Source: Octopus vulgaris (Eukaryota). Taken from it: 64,000 nt of DNA. Positions 25,551 through 40,350 of the stretch are shown here, piece by piece. The translations under genes were made by a program, and so were the position numbers. The notes beneath the pieces are model-generated. The model searched no databases and was not told the origin of the DNA. It worked only from the letters and a program-made list of their open reading frames with translations. The DNA is taken from positions 138,446,001 through 138,510,000 of the forward strand of contig OX597817.1 of NCBI GenBank assembly GCA_951406725.2, in the 5' to 3' direction. Within the stretch, counting starts at the first letter, position 1. Each line of letters opens with the position of its first letter.

Positions 25551-25948
25551 GTTGTGAATGTCAGTGTTAAGATAGATATGAATGTAATAAAATGAAACGA
25601 GAGTTATTAGGTATGGATGTAGGCAATAACTTTATTGATGAGAAATAATAAAAGGAAAGCTGTATAATAATAAAAAAAACATAAAATAAAAACGTAGTAA
25701 TAAAATCAATCTATCAAAAACATGAAAGGGAGGTAAAACGAAATATAAAAGTAACGAAAGTAGAAAATAATTAAAATGATATGTTGATAGCGATATACAA
25801 AATATATAAATATATAATAATAATATATATAATTAATAATTATATATTCATAATTAGAATAGAAAGATTAATAGATATAAGAGCAACAATAATGAAAAAA
25901 GTAATTATGATAAGAATTAGATAGAATAGTATGATAAAAAGATAAAAT

Positions 25949-25992
<44 letters not shown>

Positions 25993-26007
25993 TAATAATA
26001 AAAATAA

Positions 26008-26038
<31 letters not shown>

Positions 26039-26044
26039 CTGCTG

Positions 26045-26086
<42 letters not shown>

Positions 26087-26092
26087 ATAATA

Positions 26093-26148
<56 letters not shown>

Positions 26149-26149
26149 A

Positions 26150-27347
26150 GGTGGTTAATTGTGGCATGGTTTTGAGGAGTGTCATGAGATTGGCGGAGAT
26201 TAAGAAATATTAAGATTAACGGGAAAGAAGAAATGCTTATGAGAATAAATTAGATAATTTAATGATATCTGAACTTTCGTGTGTGATTCGAGGTATTATC
26301 CAATGGGTTTCAAGATTTTTAGCGAATATTTAACCCGTGCATATAGAAAGATACTAACTATGACGATATGTTTAGGGCCGTTCTTTTGTAAAACAAAATG
26401 GCCAATTTTTCTGAGATGCAGACGTTGCAAGGTCCATTTTATATGCAAGGCTTTTCAAGATCTGATATATTTCACTTGAAGTTCTGTTTGTTTTTGTTTT
26501 GTTTCTCAATCAATAGACACGTTGGTTGAGTTTAGACTTGAATATGTCGGCTGCAAGGCTAATGTAACGGCTGGTTATGGGGTTCATGTTGGCAAAACTA
26601 TCGACACAATATACGATGCAAACGAGACCTGTTTGGAGGGAATCTTGTAGAGTTGTACAGCAGCAGGAGAAAATGTTGTCTGTGAGAGAAAGCGTAAGAG
26701 GTTTCAAGTGTTGATGCCAGTTGATTTAGATGAACCAAGTAAGATTACAGATTCAGCTTGGTTTTATATCTTTGTCTAATTGGGGTTGTGATTGATGTGT
26801 GTTTATAACTTGACGTTGTCGGCAAAGTGGAAGAGTACATTGAGACTGAAGGAGATGAGGTTAAACGAAATAATGTTTCGTGATCGGTGTTTGCTGGTTT
26901 GCGATCTGGTGCTTTTGTTTTCTGCATTGTTAACATTATTCTTATATCCACTCAGTAATAACGCATTGCTGTAACAGAGGAACGCCCTTTTGAATGCTTC
27001 TTCACCGGAAGAAATGTTTGACAGGCGTATGTTTAAGTTTTTAACAAAGTTATTGATAATAGAAGGTTGGATCCTATATTGACACACATCAGTTTTAATT
27101 GAGTTCTGTTTTTTTTTCTTTTTGACAGATAGAAACTGCGATAACTAGGAATATAACTAGGAACTGGTGTGAACTAATGTTAAAACAAGAGAATTGATCG
27201 TAGTTAAGTCAATGTATACAGCAATTCTACTAAAGTATTTAAAAGATTTTGGTGAATTTTTTGCGGAAGATGTCTTGTAGTGCATTTGTTTCGAAAGATT
27301 TAGAAACCATCGATTGATAGATAGATAGATAGATAGATAGATAGAAA

Positions 27348-27390
<43 letters not shown>

Positions 27391-27429
27391 TATATATATA
27401 GATAGATATATAGATAGATATAGATAGAT

Positions 27430-27496
<67 letters not shown>

Positions 27497-27850
27497 GATA
27501 ACCAAGTTATTGAACCTGAAACTTAAAGTATATTGGATGTTAAACATTATTTAATCTTTACTATATGATCGAGGTGTAGGAAGAAAGAAAGATTCAAGCA
27601 AATCTGTAGTAAATATAGAAAAATAACTTTCAGGAACAATAGTGATTTATTGAGATGGAAGGTTGCTGATTATTTTTTCTTATGGAAGTACGATACATTG
27701 AAAAAGTTTTTTTTTATTATTTCACAGTAGGCAACCAGGGTTGCCCGCATTGCGAATAAGAATACAAGAGTTAAAGAATGGAGTTGATAAGACCCGGGCT
27801 ACATATGTTTCTGAGGTTCCGTTCGCTATGAACCATATGTAGCCCGGATC
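26150..27850 (-). mobile_element. Degenerate Penelope-like element (RT C-terminus, linker, GIY-YIG endonuclease)
   Basis: PSIINNFVKNLNIRLSNISS.EEAF..A...Y.NAL..SGY...RSRNIISFN (26803-27087) and Cys cluster-IVY-x15-YISL..IFKS (26510-26707) resemble PLE thumb/linker and GIY-YIG. It is split by (TAGA)/(TA) tracts and has a terminal hairpin at 27794-27847 containing GAAAC-ATAT-GTA. Confidence 0.65.
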
Positions 27851-27891
27851 TTTAACTCTTGTATATATATAAGTACAGCACTGCAAACACA

Positions 27892-27986
<95 letters not shown>

Positions 27987-27994
27987 CTACATAT

Positions 27995-29151
27995 ACAGGG
28001 TGCAGTGGGAAAATTGTGGCAATCTTATATTTTTAATTTCGCGCATTGTGATTTTGTCGACTACACAGTATAGTAGGGTCAGTTGGACACCATTTGTGAG
28101 AAAAACAGCACCATGACGCAATTCACTGCCAAGAATTTCGAAATTTCAGAGTGTGTGGGTATCAATCTGAGTACAGTGCAAAGGATTCGGAAAGATTTTG
28201 ATGAGTTTAATGGTGATTACGCAGGTATTGCAGCTCAGAAAACTCACTCTGATTGTTCTGATATGAAAAGAACACTTGAATTTGTTGGTGAGATCCAGGC
28301 CATGATTGACAACGGTCCGTCCAAGTTAATCACGTCCATCGCCAGGGACATGGAAGTGTCTAAGTTTCTTATCAGGCAGGTAGTGCATGAAGACATTCGG
28401 TATTCCTCATACAAGATGAGAAAGGGCCAATTTTTATTCCAAGCCATCAAGGACAAGAGGAAAGACCGCGCTACGAAACGTTTCAACAAACTCAAGCATT
28501 CCCTCCAACTGAACATGCCTTGGTTTTACTCAAACAAGAAAAGTTTCTGCCAGGATCAGATGGTGAAACACAGAACAACCGTTGGCTTGCCATGTCTCCA
28601 AAACATGTACCGAGAGTGATAAAAATCAAACATCCAGTCAACATTGGAGTGATCACTAGTGACAGCGACGTTATGCCTCCATTCATCTTCCCATAAGGCC
28701 TCAGACTTAACACGGAGGCCTACATCGAGTACCCGGAGGAGGTAGTGCTGCCCTGGGTCAAGAGGGTGGCTGTTGGAAGACCCTGTGTCTGGCAAAAGGG
28801 CTCTGCATCATGTCACACAAGCAGGAGAACCCAGTCATGGCTGTCAGACAATTTCTGTGACCACACCACCCCGAACAACTAGCCACCTAACTTCACAGAC
28901 TCCCTGGGTTATTATATGTAAGGCGTGGTTGAGCGAGAGAGCAACAAAACTCCTTGTAACACCAAAGCAAGGATTTGGGCAGCATTCACCAGTTTAAACC
29001 AGTAAAGTAGTTGCAGGAGATTCTGAAATCGCCTGGAGGTCATGTCTGAAGCCAATGGCGATTTAATTGAATAAGTTTACTCTTTAGTATTTCAAGATAT
29101 CTGTTAAAATGTGATGTCAGTGTTATTTTCATTTTCCCGTAATTTAGACGA

Positions 29152-29153
<2 letters not shown>
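27995..29153 (+). mobile_element. Degenerate Tc1/mariner-superfamily (maT/DD37D-like) transposon
   Basis: HTH-like N-terminus (STVQRIRK; SIARDMEVSKFLIRQVVHEDIRYSSYKMRK), MPPFIFP, LPWVKRVA.GRP.VWQ, CHTSRRTQSWLSDNF. Stops and frameshifts are present and no clear TIRs were found. Confidence 0.8.
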
Positions 29154-29238
<85 letters not shown>

Positions 29239-29296
29239 TATGTATGTGTGTATGCATGTATGTATATATGTATGTATGTATGTATATATGTATGTG

Positions 29297-29600
<304 letters not shown>

Positions 29601-29812
29601 TTAGTTTAAATATGTTTGTGATTTATCTTAACTTCTTAAGGCGGTTTCATTTTAGTTTACTGAAGAGAAAAATCAGTCGCTTATGGTAAAAGTGTATACA
29701 AGCCATTGTTAGTTCAGTGGCGCCCTCTATTAGACACACAGATGCATTTCTGGTTCGTTATGCCGTCTTCAATAGAGGATACCAAAGAGGGATAACCTAA
29801 TACTTACACACA

Positions 29813-29943
<131 letters not shown>

Positions 29944-30084
29944 CTACATACAGATATGTATACACACATGCATCCATTCATCCATCCATCCGTCCATACA
30001 TACATACATAAATACATACATACGTAATACATACATACACATGAACACTTACGTTCGTGCGTACTACACATTCATACACATACA

Positions 30085-30164
<80 letters not shown>

Positions 30165-30855
30165 CAGATCCATACATACATATACAAACACACACACACA
30201 CATGCATGCACGCATGCATCCCTCTATATACACATACACACGTGCATGAATACATGTATACCTACATGATTGATGTTGTCAAAATACCAACATGAGAATT
30301 CTGTTTCTGGGTTAGAAACCGGAACTTCCTCCATTGGTGAGAAATTTTGAATAATTAAACCACAAGAACCGATAATAAAACCACAATATATCTACATATG
30401 TATACACACACACACACACACGCGCCGACACGTCCATCTATGCATAAATACGCGCGTCCATCTTTACACCTGAGCATGTTGTGTGTATATTGGCCAGGAT
30501 CTACGTATGGCGGCAGCTGGTTTGCTGTGCTTGACGTCACACACCACATTTCCATTACCAACGCCGACCCAACATTAACATCTCTTTCATGTTTTGTCGT
30601 TATTCTGGAAACTGTCATTTGATGTGACCATGTTCCTCTCACTCTCACACCCTCTTCTCTCTCTCTCTCTTGTTCTTTCTCTCTCTCCTTTTCTTCTTTT
30701 CCATGCTAATCTTGTATTTTACACTTTCCTTTTCTTCCTCTTTCTGCCATTAAACACATTCGTAGCTATATTTAATGCTAGCGGTGCACGCACGCATACG
30801 TAGGTGTGCTATGCGTATACATATATACATGCATCATACACACGTACAGATGTAC

Positions 30856-30895
<40 letters not shown>

Positions 30896-30963
30896 TTGTG
30901 TGTGTATGTATGTGTATATATATATGTATGTATATATATATATATATATATATACATATATAT

Positions 30964-31084
<121 letters not shown>

Positions 31085-31592
31085 CAGATAGATAGATAGG
31101 TAGATACACACGTACATATGATTAGATAGCACAGTCATTTATCTTTACACAAACACACACCTGCATATAGACACCTATCTATCATCTATGTAGGTACATA
31201 TATATGTCTATATATAAATGTGTGTGTGTGTGTATAAATATGTGTATATTAATGTGTATGTTTATATTCATATATGTATTTATATGTGTATATATGTGTG
31301 TGTATGTGTTTGTATGTATGTATGTATGTATGTATGTATGTATGTATGTATGTATGTATGTATGTATAAATACATGTATGTAAGTAAGCATGCGTGTATG
31401 TATGTATGTGTGTATGTATATGTATACAGTTTCTTGCTTCAGTGTTTCACAGGTAAATCTGAAAAGCAAAACGATTCTGAGCTGTATTCACTAACGACTC
31501 TTTGGTTTATTAGTACGATTAAATAACAATCAGCTGAACTTTGACCCACACGTGTGGCCATCATCAGTCATCTTAAAGTGATACATGCCCAC

Positions 31593-31679
<87 letters not shown>

Positions 31680-31806
31680 CGACTCCCTCTCTCGCACACG
31701 AGCACATTCGTACATGTACACATATATGCACATGTACGCTGACATACACACACACACACACGCGCGCGCGCACACGCACACACACACACCCACACATACA
31801 CAAACA

Positions 31807-31930
<124 letters not shown>

Positions 31931-32082
31931 TTCAGTATTGCATATTAAGAAGAAAACTGACCAGGAACTGCGTGGAGAACTCGACAAAATTTGGCGGAGA
32001 AAATGGTATAATTTGTTAGTGAATCATTCCCTGAACTCTTGTCCCTGTATTGCGAGTTGTTGCAGACAGCATTCAAATAGAG

Positions 32083-32625
32083 CATCGGTTCTCAGCCAGT
32101 TTTTTTTAACATGGCCCTATGAACTCGGAAAAATTTTAAACAGGGTTACTTGCAAACAAATGTGTTAACATGTGACATTATTGACCGAGGTTACCATGGT
32201 CTTTTCCGTAGGCTTTTCTTTCCACGGATAAACCATATCTGTTTCCCCATTTACACTTTACATCATGAAATTTCTGTGATACACGACCCCTATTGATCGT
32301 CTCTTTTTTTTTTTTTTTTCTGTTTTTTTACGATCCCTTTCGTAAAAAACAGAAAAAATCCTACTCCCACTTTTTTCTCCCCCAAAAGAAAAGCTCTACT
32401 TTGTAATTTGATCCCAATTTTACTCGGATGGAGTCCCTTAGCCATTCGATTAAAAAAAAAATACTATAGTATTTTTTTAATTAAATATTATTAAAAATTG
32501 TATAAAAAATTGTTAGAATATTTTGTGAATTCTAGAAGCAGAACCACATTATTGCAGATAAATTTTAACAACAAAGTCTAAAACGGACCTCCAGAAGTCA
32601 TATGGACCCTAGTTGAGAAACACTG
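32083..32625. mobile_element. hAT-type MITE with a nested repeat
   Basis: Imperfect TIRs catcggttctcagcc / cagtgtttctcaact (reverse complement). 8-bp TSD aaatagag (32075-32082) vs aaataggg (32626-32633). Confidence 0.65.
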
Positions 32626-32635
32626 AAATAGGGTG

Positions 32636-32696
<61 letters not shown>

Positions 32697-33022
32697 GGTG
32701 ATGTGATATACTGACATATATACACATTTTACTGGCTATGCAAGACTTAGACTGTTGATGCCATAACCTAGCAATGGTCTAAGGTTGGCATAACCTGTAA
32801 TATTTCTGATGATGTGGGATAAGCATTGCTTTAAATTAATTTTTATTGAAAATTTTTAAATATTAATTATGTATCTTAATTACGAAATTATTGAATTAAT
32901 AAAATAGAATTAATGATTTCTACTCCTAATGAAACGGCTGTTGAAAGTAACTATTGTACTTTTTAAACTAAATATAGATAAATATATACGTATCAATACA
33001 TGCAAACACGCATACACACACA

Positions 33023-33091
<69 letters not shown>

Positions 33092-33463
33092 GTTTGTCTG
33101 TCTGTCTATCTATCTATCGTGAGCATGACCCTATGAACCCGGAAAAGTTTAAAACAGAGAGTGACTTATTTGCAAATAAATGTGTTAACATGTGACATTA
33201 TTGACCGAGGTTATCATGGTCTTTTCCGTAGGCTTTTCTTTCCACGGATAAACCTTATCTGTTTCGCCCTTTATACTTTACATCATGAAATTTCTGTGAT
33301 ACACGATCCCTATTTATCGTCTCTTTTTTTCTTTTTTTTTCTGTTTTTTACGATGCCTTTTGATCGAAAACCTACTCCCCATTTTTCTCCCCAGAAGAAA
33401 AGCTCTACTTTGTAATTTGTCCTGTCTGTGTTCAGCCCTGTGCGGCTAATAAAGAAACATATT

Positions 33464-33497
<34 letters not shown>

Positions 33498-33498
<1 letters not shown>

Positions 33499-34290
33499 TA
33501 GCAGTATAACCCAGCCTTGCCCGGGATTAAGTTACGATTATTAAGCTAATCAAGTTCTTTATTTCAAACCAAACTAAACCTTTTTTGTGGTCCGTGAAAT
33601 GGAGTGGGGTGTGGTGGAAGCCTCACAAATTGTACCCATTTATATTGTGTAATTCACTGACAAATTGTTAGCTACCTCTTTGTTTCTTTGCTGTTAAATA
33701 AATGGATTGTCAACAAAATACTTTTTAACTCGGCATAAAATAAAAACAAAACTTTTTCGTCCCCTAAGTAATGTGTGTGAGAGAGAGGGAGCAGAAAGAT
33801 GAACAATTTAAAATAAATAAATGATTTAAAATAAATATATTGTAATTGCTGTGTAAGAAAGTATATATACTATGATTATAAAATATAGTGTCTTTCAAAA
33901 ACATTCTGAATTTGAACACTATATCTCGTGTGTAAGAAAAAACAAAACATTTTACATTTTATTTTTTATGAACGTCGTCACTTACTCTCTCTCTTCCCCC
34001 TCTCTCAGTTTGTCTTTCCCTTTTTTTGTTTAGACGCTGTGAAACTGCTTCTCTTCCACTTTTCTTTATCTTGTTTTTTTTTGTTAGACGCCGTCAAAAA
34101 TCTATGGCTGATAGTTTTTTATGGCTAAAAGCTATGGCTGAAAATAGATTTTTACCTGTATCCGCGGGTGCCTCGGGAAAAAATAAGTTGACAAACTTGG
34201 AGCGACATGCGTGCTAATTTGTGGATGTGCATAAATTACAATCACGTACACATACACACACACGCAAACACATCATGCCTTTTATAGAGA
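33498..34290 (-). mobile_element. Non-autonomous Helitron
   Basis: Minus strand: 5' TCTCTATAAAA, 3' cccgggcaaggctggg hairpin then tatactgCTAG, next to (TA)n. Confidence 0.7.
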
Positions 34291-34320
34291 TGATATATAT
34301 ACATATATATATATATACAG

Positions 34321-34439
<119 letters not shown>

Positions 34440-35129
34440 TATATACATACATATATATATATATATATATATGTATATAATGACCTGATCTGATGTTGAT
34501 CTCATCTGGTTGCAGTTGTTTAGCTGTAAGTGATCCGGGATTGAGCAGACGAAAGATCAAAGGCATTCCAGCCATAACCATCTTCTATCAGGGGCTATAT
34601 TTTCCATTTTTATGTGATTTGAGGAATTTCAGACTACCATTTCATTGGCCAGTGTTGGTCTGGTCTTTGGTAACTTTAACAAGTTACCAGTTATCAAAAC
34701 CTTCAACCAAGATGCTGGTTTAACGTACAACAGGTCTGTAACTGGAATTTAAAAAAAATCCCTGTCATTGACAATTGTAATTACTCCGAGTTTTTCTCCG
34801 AGTAAAAACAGCTCTTTCATCGCAACACTTGTCTACATCCCTCTAAAGAGCTTGTTGCCTCAACGTTGTTTAAATTTTTGTTGTTCGTAAATAACAGATC
34901 TTAGTAGCGTATTTCATCACATTTTACACGATCACTATATCAAACGAGAGATCCACCAATATGGTTTTTTATTGACCCCCGCTTCATAGAATCGTTCAAC
35001 ATTTATCGACACCAATCAAGTACGTTTCTAAAATAAAATTAATAGAACATTTCTTGATTTAAAACCAACAAATTCCTTCATTCTTTTGTATCATTATCAC
35101 ATTCTCATAAGAAATATTTAAAGACAACT

Positions 35130-35710
35130 GCAGCGTGGAAGGTGTTTATAAGCCATTTAAGAAACACACAAAACCGTTAGATTCACTTCAACATTTAAAT
35201 TTAATTTGTCAAAATATTTTCGTCGCTTTGAGACCGCGACCTGTCCACTGACAAAACTTCTTGTTGCATCTGAGAAAGTACACACTCTCCTAAATACTCA
35301 CATACATACGTAAGTACATAAGTACATACATATATGCGTATAGGCATGCACACATGCATGCGCACATACATGTACACACATACATACATACGCACATACA
35401 TACATACATACATACATACATACATACATACATACATACATACATACATACATACACATACATACGTACATATATATCATGAACTAACTGTTACTTTCTC
35501 AGATGCAGCAAGAAGTTTTGTCAGTGAACAGGTCGCGATCTCAAAGCGACGAAAATATTTTGACAAATTAAATTTAAATGTTGAAGTGAATCTAACGGTT
35601 TTTGTGTGCTTCTTAAATTGCTTATAAACTCCTTCCACGCTACAATTGTTTTCGTTCCAGCACACGATCTCAGATCAAGTCACTCGCTATGCAAGTACAT
35701 CTCCGTAATA
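35130..35710. mobile_element. Inverted pair of Penelope-type repeats flanking (TACA)n
   Basis: About 35130-35278 is the reverse complement of about 35495-35645. Confidence 0.8.
35517..35567 (+). ncRNA. Minimal hammerhead ribozyme variant with G3-C8 core
   Basis: tttgtca-GTGAACA-g-gtcgc-gatctcaaa-gcgac-GAAA-ATA-TTT-tgacaaa. Stem I 7 bp, stem II 5 bp, palindromic AATATT stem III. Confidence 0.6.
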
Positions 35711-36859
35711 TCTAAAGAAATTTAATGAAAATATTTAACGCAATTGATGAAAGACAATAAAAATTCAGTGATATATTGTATTAAGGATAAAGTTGGAATA
35801 TTTAATGTGAAATGTTTGGTTGGATACGAGTTAATATGGCATTCATATTTGGCTGTGAGTTTTAGCTATAAATTACTGACACTCTTCCAGATCCACTTCA
35901 CTAATAATCACGAAGACCCTCAGGGGTCAATACTGACTACCTTGCCGACGCTTTGTTCTATAAGGTCAATCCATCTGCAAGAAATGAGAGCTAGTTAACC
36001 TTCAAATCACATCTTATTGTCTTTAAAATTAGAAAGACACATTGAGTAATCTAATTCTAGATATACTATGCATAAAAAAGCCAAATGTAAATAATTGTAT
36101 GAATGGGTGAAGTTAATTATATCGAAGATTAAATAAGGTACAGTCGCATTGTTGAAAACTGGGTCTTTGAGTCCATTTGAAAACTGAAGAACACTTTACT
36201 AGAGGTGACGATCTTTGCTGTTTATCCCCGATTGAGCGGCCATATTGTCAAAGGCATTCCATCTACGACCACTTGTTTAATTTTCCCAGCATCTGATGCG
36301 TTTTTTTAGTCATCATTTTGTTGTTCCCTGATGACTGTGGCCTCGTGACTCTTCTTGGAAGAAAACTCTCAGAAAATAATAGACATATTACTGCAATGCC
36401 TCGACTGGAATTGGACAATTTAAAACAAATTCTGGGCTGGAGTGTCATCGAATGACCAATTGCATAGAAAGCTAACACACGACAAACAGACACATGGATG
36501 CTGGTAGTCAGTAGTTGCACAAGGAATTGAACTGACGGCCGCATGTGTGTATGTGTACACAAACACACAAGCACACACACACACACACGCATGCACGGCA
36601 CATGCACACACACACACACAGATACACACGAGTTACGTATATGTGTATGTATGTATATGTTATGTATGTTTGTATGCGTATACATATATATGTATGTATG
36701 TTTGTCTACGTATGTATGCATATATGTATGTATGTGTGTGTGTGTGTCTATGTATGTATGTATGTATGTATGTATGTATGCATGCATGCATGCATGCATG
36801 CATGTATGCATGCATGCATGTATGTATGTATGTATGTATGTATGTATGTTAGTATGTAT

Positions 36860-37311
36860 GTCGTTGTTCAGTTTTATTTCAAGTTTCTTGCCAATAGAGA
36901 AGGAACCGGTTTCTAACCTAGATCCGAGGCTCCTTCATTGGAATTTCAACATCAATAACAGGGTATTTTTTTATGTATGTATGTATGTATGTATGTATGT
37001 ATGTATGTATGTATGTATGTCTGTATGTATGTCTGTATGTCTGTATGTCTGTATGTATGTATGTATGTATGTATGTATTTGTGCAGATTTGTATGTTTTA
37101 TTTCATGTATGTATTCTCATGCATATAGTTGCATATCTAGACATGCTCATAAATATTTAAATGATAAACCTCTGGAAACTCTTACAGATTTTTACTGTTC
37201 CAGTGATGGACTGGATCTCTAAGCTTCAAATTAACTTTCTCCTTTCTGGTTTTGAGATGCCTAATTTCTCAAAATTGGTATTTAGGCAGAATGTTACATG
37301 CCCTAGGCCTC
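36860..37311 (-). mobile_element. R4/Dong-like LINE, short 3' copy within (TATG)n
   Basis: Paralogous to 37455-37790 and bounded on both sides by (TATG)n. Confidence 0.7.
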
Positions 37312-37313
37312 CA

Positions 37314-37344
<31 letters not shown>

Positions 37345-37454
37345 TGTATGTATGTATGTATGTATGTATGTATGTATGTATGCATGTATGTATGTATGTA
37401 TGTATGTATGTATGTGTGTATGTATGTACGTATGTATGTTTGCATGTATGTATC

Positions 37455-38545
37455 TCATTATTCAGTTTTATTTCAAGATTTCTTGCCAATAGAGAAAGAA
37501 CCGGTTTCTAACCTAGATCCAAGGCTCCTTCATTTTTGTTTGTATGTATGTATGTATGTGCAGATTTGTATATTTTATGTATGTATTCTCAAGCATGTAT
37601 TTACATATCTAGACATGCTCATATATATTTAAATGATAAACTTCTCGAAAGTTTTACAGACTTTTACAGTTCCAGTGATGGATTGGATCTGTAGTCTTCG
37701 AATTTGCTTTCCCCTTTCTGGTTTTAAGAAGCCTAATTACTTAAGATTGATATTTAGGCAGTATGTTATATATCCCAGTGCCCCAGTAATTACAGGTATA
37801 AACCTGAACTTGTAATCGAGATAGAGTAACTGCAGATTTCTCAATAGTTCAGCATAGGTGTTCTCTTTTTCACTGATCTTCAGCTTTATGTTAACATCCA
37901 CTGGACAGGTAATTTCCACAACTGTGCACAGTTTTTCTTTTCTATCCCAAATCACTATATCAGGTCTGTTGTGCTTATATTTTAATGAGGTCTCCCCTGG
38001 TATAGTCCACCAGTATTCCTTTTTATTATGAGTGGCTATGGCTTCTACCATATTATGGGTTTTTATTTCTTTGTCTTCGGGATTATCCTTCCGACAGATT
38101 TCGTCATAGAGTGTCCTAGCTACAACATCAGATCTCATCGGTAGATAATACTGTGATAACATTTTTGGACAACTGGTGATGATGTGGTATCTTTGGTGTT
38201 AACTCCACAAAGTCTGCATCGGTTGTTACACTTTCCTGCATATCTGCATAGTTTCACTGCTTCACTTACACTCTGTATTTGTAATGTGCAAATCAGTTGG
38301 ATGATTTCTTTTTCTGAAAATCCAGGCTTATCCAGACCGATAGTTAGGCATTTAATTACAAAACCAAGTGCTCCAATTATTATTGTTATTGGTGTGAATG
38401 TAAATTTATAATCCGGATATAGAAGCTGGAGGTTTCGAAGCAGTTTTCCGTAGTTATCTTCTTTGATTTCCAAAGAGATATTCACATCAGCAGGTCAGGT
38501 GACCTATGTGGCGGTACATACGGTTTCTTGTGTAACAATATCCGG
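37455..38545 (-). mobile_element. R4/Dong-like LINE 3' fragment with zinc knuckle and restriction-like endonuclease
   Basis: CRLCG; R(S)DVVA; HNRPDIVIWD..E.TCP..K..EKE..Y; FIPVITGALG. A second diverged endonuclease C-terminus is fused at about 38250-38545. Confidence 0.85.
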
Positions 38546-38628
38546 CTTATTGTGCGTACGTACGTATGTATGTATGTATGTATGTATGTATGTATGTATG
38601 TATGTATGTATGTATGTATGTATGTATG

Positions 38629-38661
<33 letters not shown>

Positions 38662-38857
38662 GTGTATGTGTGTATGTATGTATGCATATATGCATGTCTG
38701 TGTATATATGTTTAAACGTAAAAACGTAAGTATGAACTGTAAAAACATAAATAAATGAAGAACACGCCTAGAGGTGTGTTGCTGGATTATGTGAATCCTG
38801 TTGAATGGTGAAGAATTTAGCAGCCTTGAGCACTGTACAATATGGTTGCCTTTTCTA

Positions 38858-39080
38858 AGGCGTTAGAAACGTTAGCACGCCGGGCGAAATGCGTAGCCGT
38901 ATTTCGTCCGCCGTTATGCTCTGAGTTCAAATTCCGCCGAGGTCGACTTTGCCTTTCATCCTTTCGGGGTCGATAAATTAAGTACCAGTTACGCACTGGG
39001 GTCGATGTAATCGACTTAATCCCTTTGTCTGTCCTTGTTTGTCCCCTCTGTGTTTAGCCCCTTGTGGGTAGTAAAGAAAT
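38858..39080 (+). mobile_element. SINE family C; further copies at ~39385-39608, 48180-48390, 55585-55790
   Basis: Conserved gagttcaaattccgccgaggtcgactttgcctttcatcctttcggggtcgat and tail gtaaagaaata. Confidence 0.85.
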
Positions 39081-39933
39081 AGTTATTATTAAAGATCAGA
39101 TAATTGAAATTTGGGGTTTGTGTTGTCAAACCGATAAATGAGAAATATCAGGTCGGTGTTGGTTTTACTGTCAGGAAGAACTTGACTCACAAATTCGATG
39201 GAGTTGCTTTCCAATGTGAATGAACGCAACATTAAACTCGCCTACCACTGCCTTGTGGATGTCACGTGGCTTTTTGACCTGTGCATGCATTAATTCTTCA
39301 CTCGGCGGAAAAAAAGGAAACGCTCTTTTCCACAAGGATCTTAGGATTGCCATTCTTTCCATACCGACTATCATGCTATCTAATGGTAAGCTGGCAGAAA
39401 CGACAGCACACCGGACGAAATGCTTAGCGGCATTTCGTCTGCCGCTACGTTCTGACTTCAAATTCCGCCGAGGTCGACTTTGCCTTTCATCCTTTCGGGG
39501 TCGATTAAATAAGTCCCAGTCACGCACTGGGGTCGATATAATCGACTTAATCCGTTTGTCCTTGTTTGTCCCCTCTGTGTGCAGCCCCTTGTGGGCAGTA
39601 AAGAAATAAGATCATGCTATCTTATGAGTTTCATGCAGTACGTAGTTTAGTATGGGGTACTTCACCAAAAGTCAAATAAATAGTGATCTTCGCTTGTAGT
39701 AGTTATGTCCGAGCAGGGACTTCTGATAGGTGATACAGTTTCATTGGAAACCGAAACAGCTTCTTGGCTGAAACAAGTTTATCGCCATCATAGGAAATAC
39801 ATGACATTCGTAATCTCTTGTAACTTCAAATATTTCAGTAGGGCGACATGTTGAGGCTACATGTTGGACAGATCATAAACAAATGGAGCCAAATTGAAGA
39901 AGGTTGTCAAAAAAAAAAAAAAAAATTACAACA

Positions 39934-40098
39934 GGTGTGGCTGTGTGGTAAGTAGCTTGCTTACGAGCCACATGGTTCTGGGTTCAGTCCCACTGCGTAG
40001 CACCTTGGGCAAGTGTCTTCTACTATAGCGTCGGGTCGACCAAAGCCTTGTGAGTGGATTTGGTAGACGGAAACTGAAAGAAACCCGTCATATATATG

Positions 40099-40131
<33 letters not shown>

Positions 40132-40350
40132 ATGTGTTTGTGTGTCTGCGTTTGTTCTCCCAACATCGCTTGGCAACCGATGCTGGTGTGTTTACGTCTC
40201 CGTAACTTAGCGGTTCGACAAAAGAGTCCGATAGAATAAGTACTAGGCTTACAAAGAATAAGTCATGGGGTCGATTCGCTCGACGAAAGGCGATGCTCCA
40301 GCATGGCCGCAGTCAAATGACTGATAGAAGTAAAAGAATAAAAAGAATAA
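39934..40350 (+). mobile_element. tRNA-derived SINE, family A, near full length
   Basis: Head, internal microsatellite and 3' ccagcatggccgcagtcaaatgactga tail. Confidence 0.9.
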
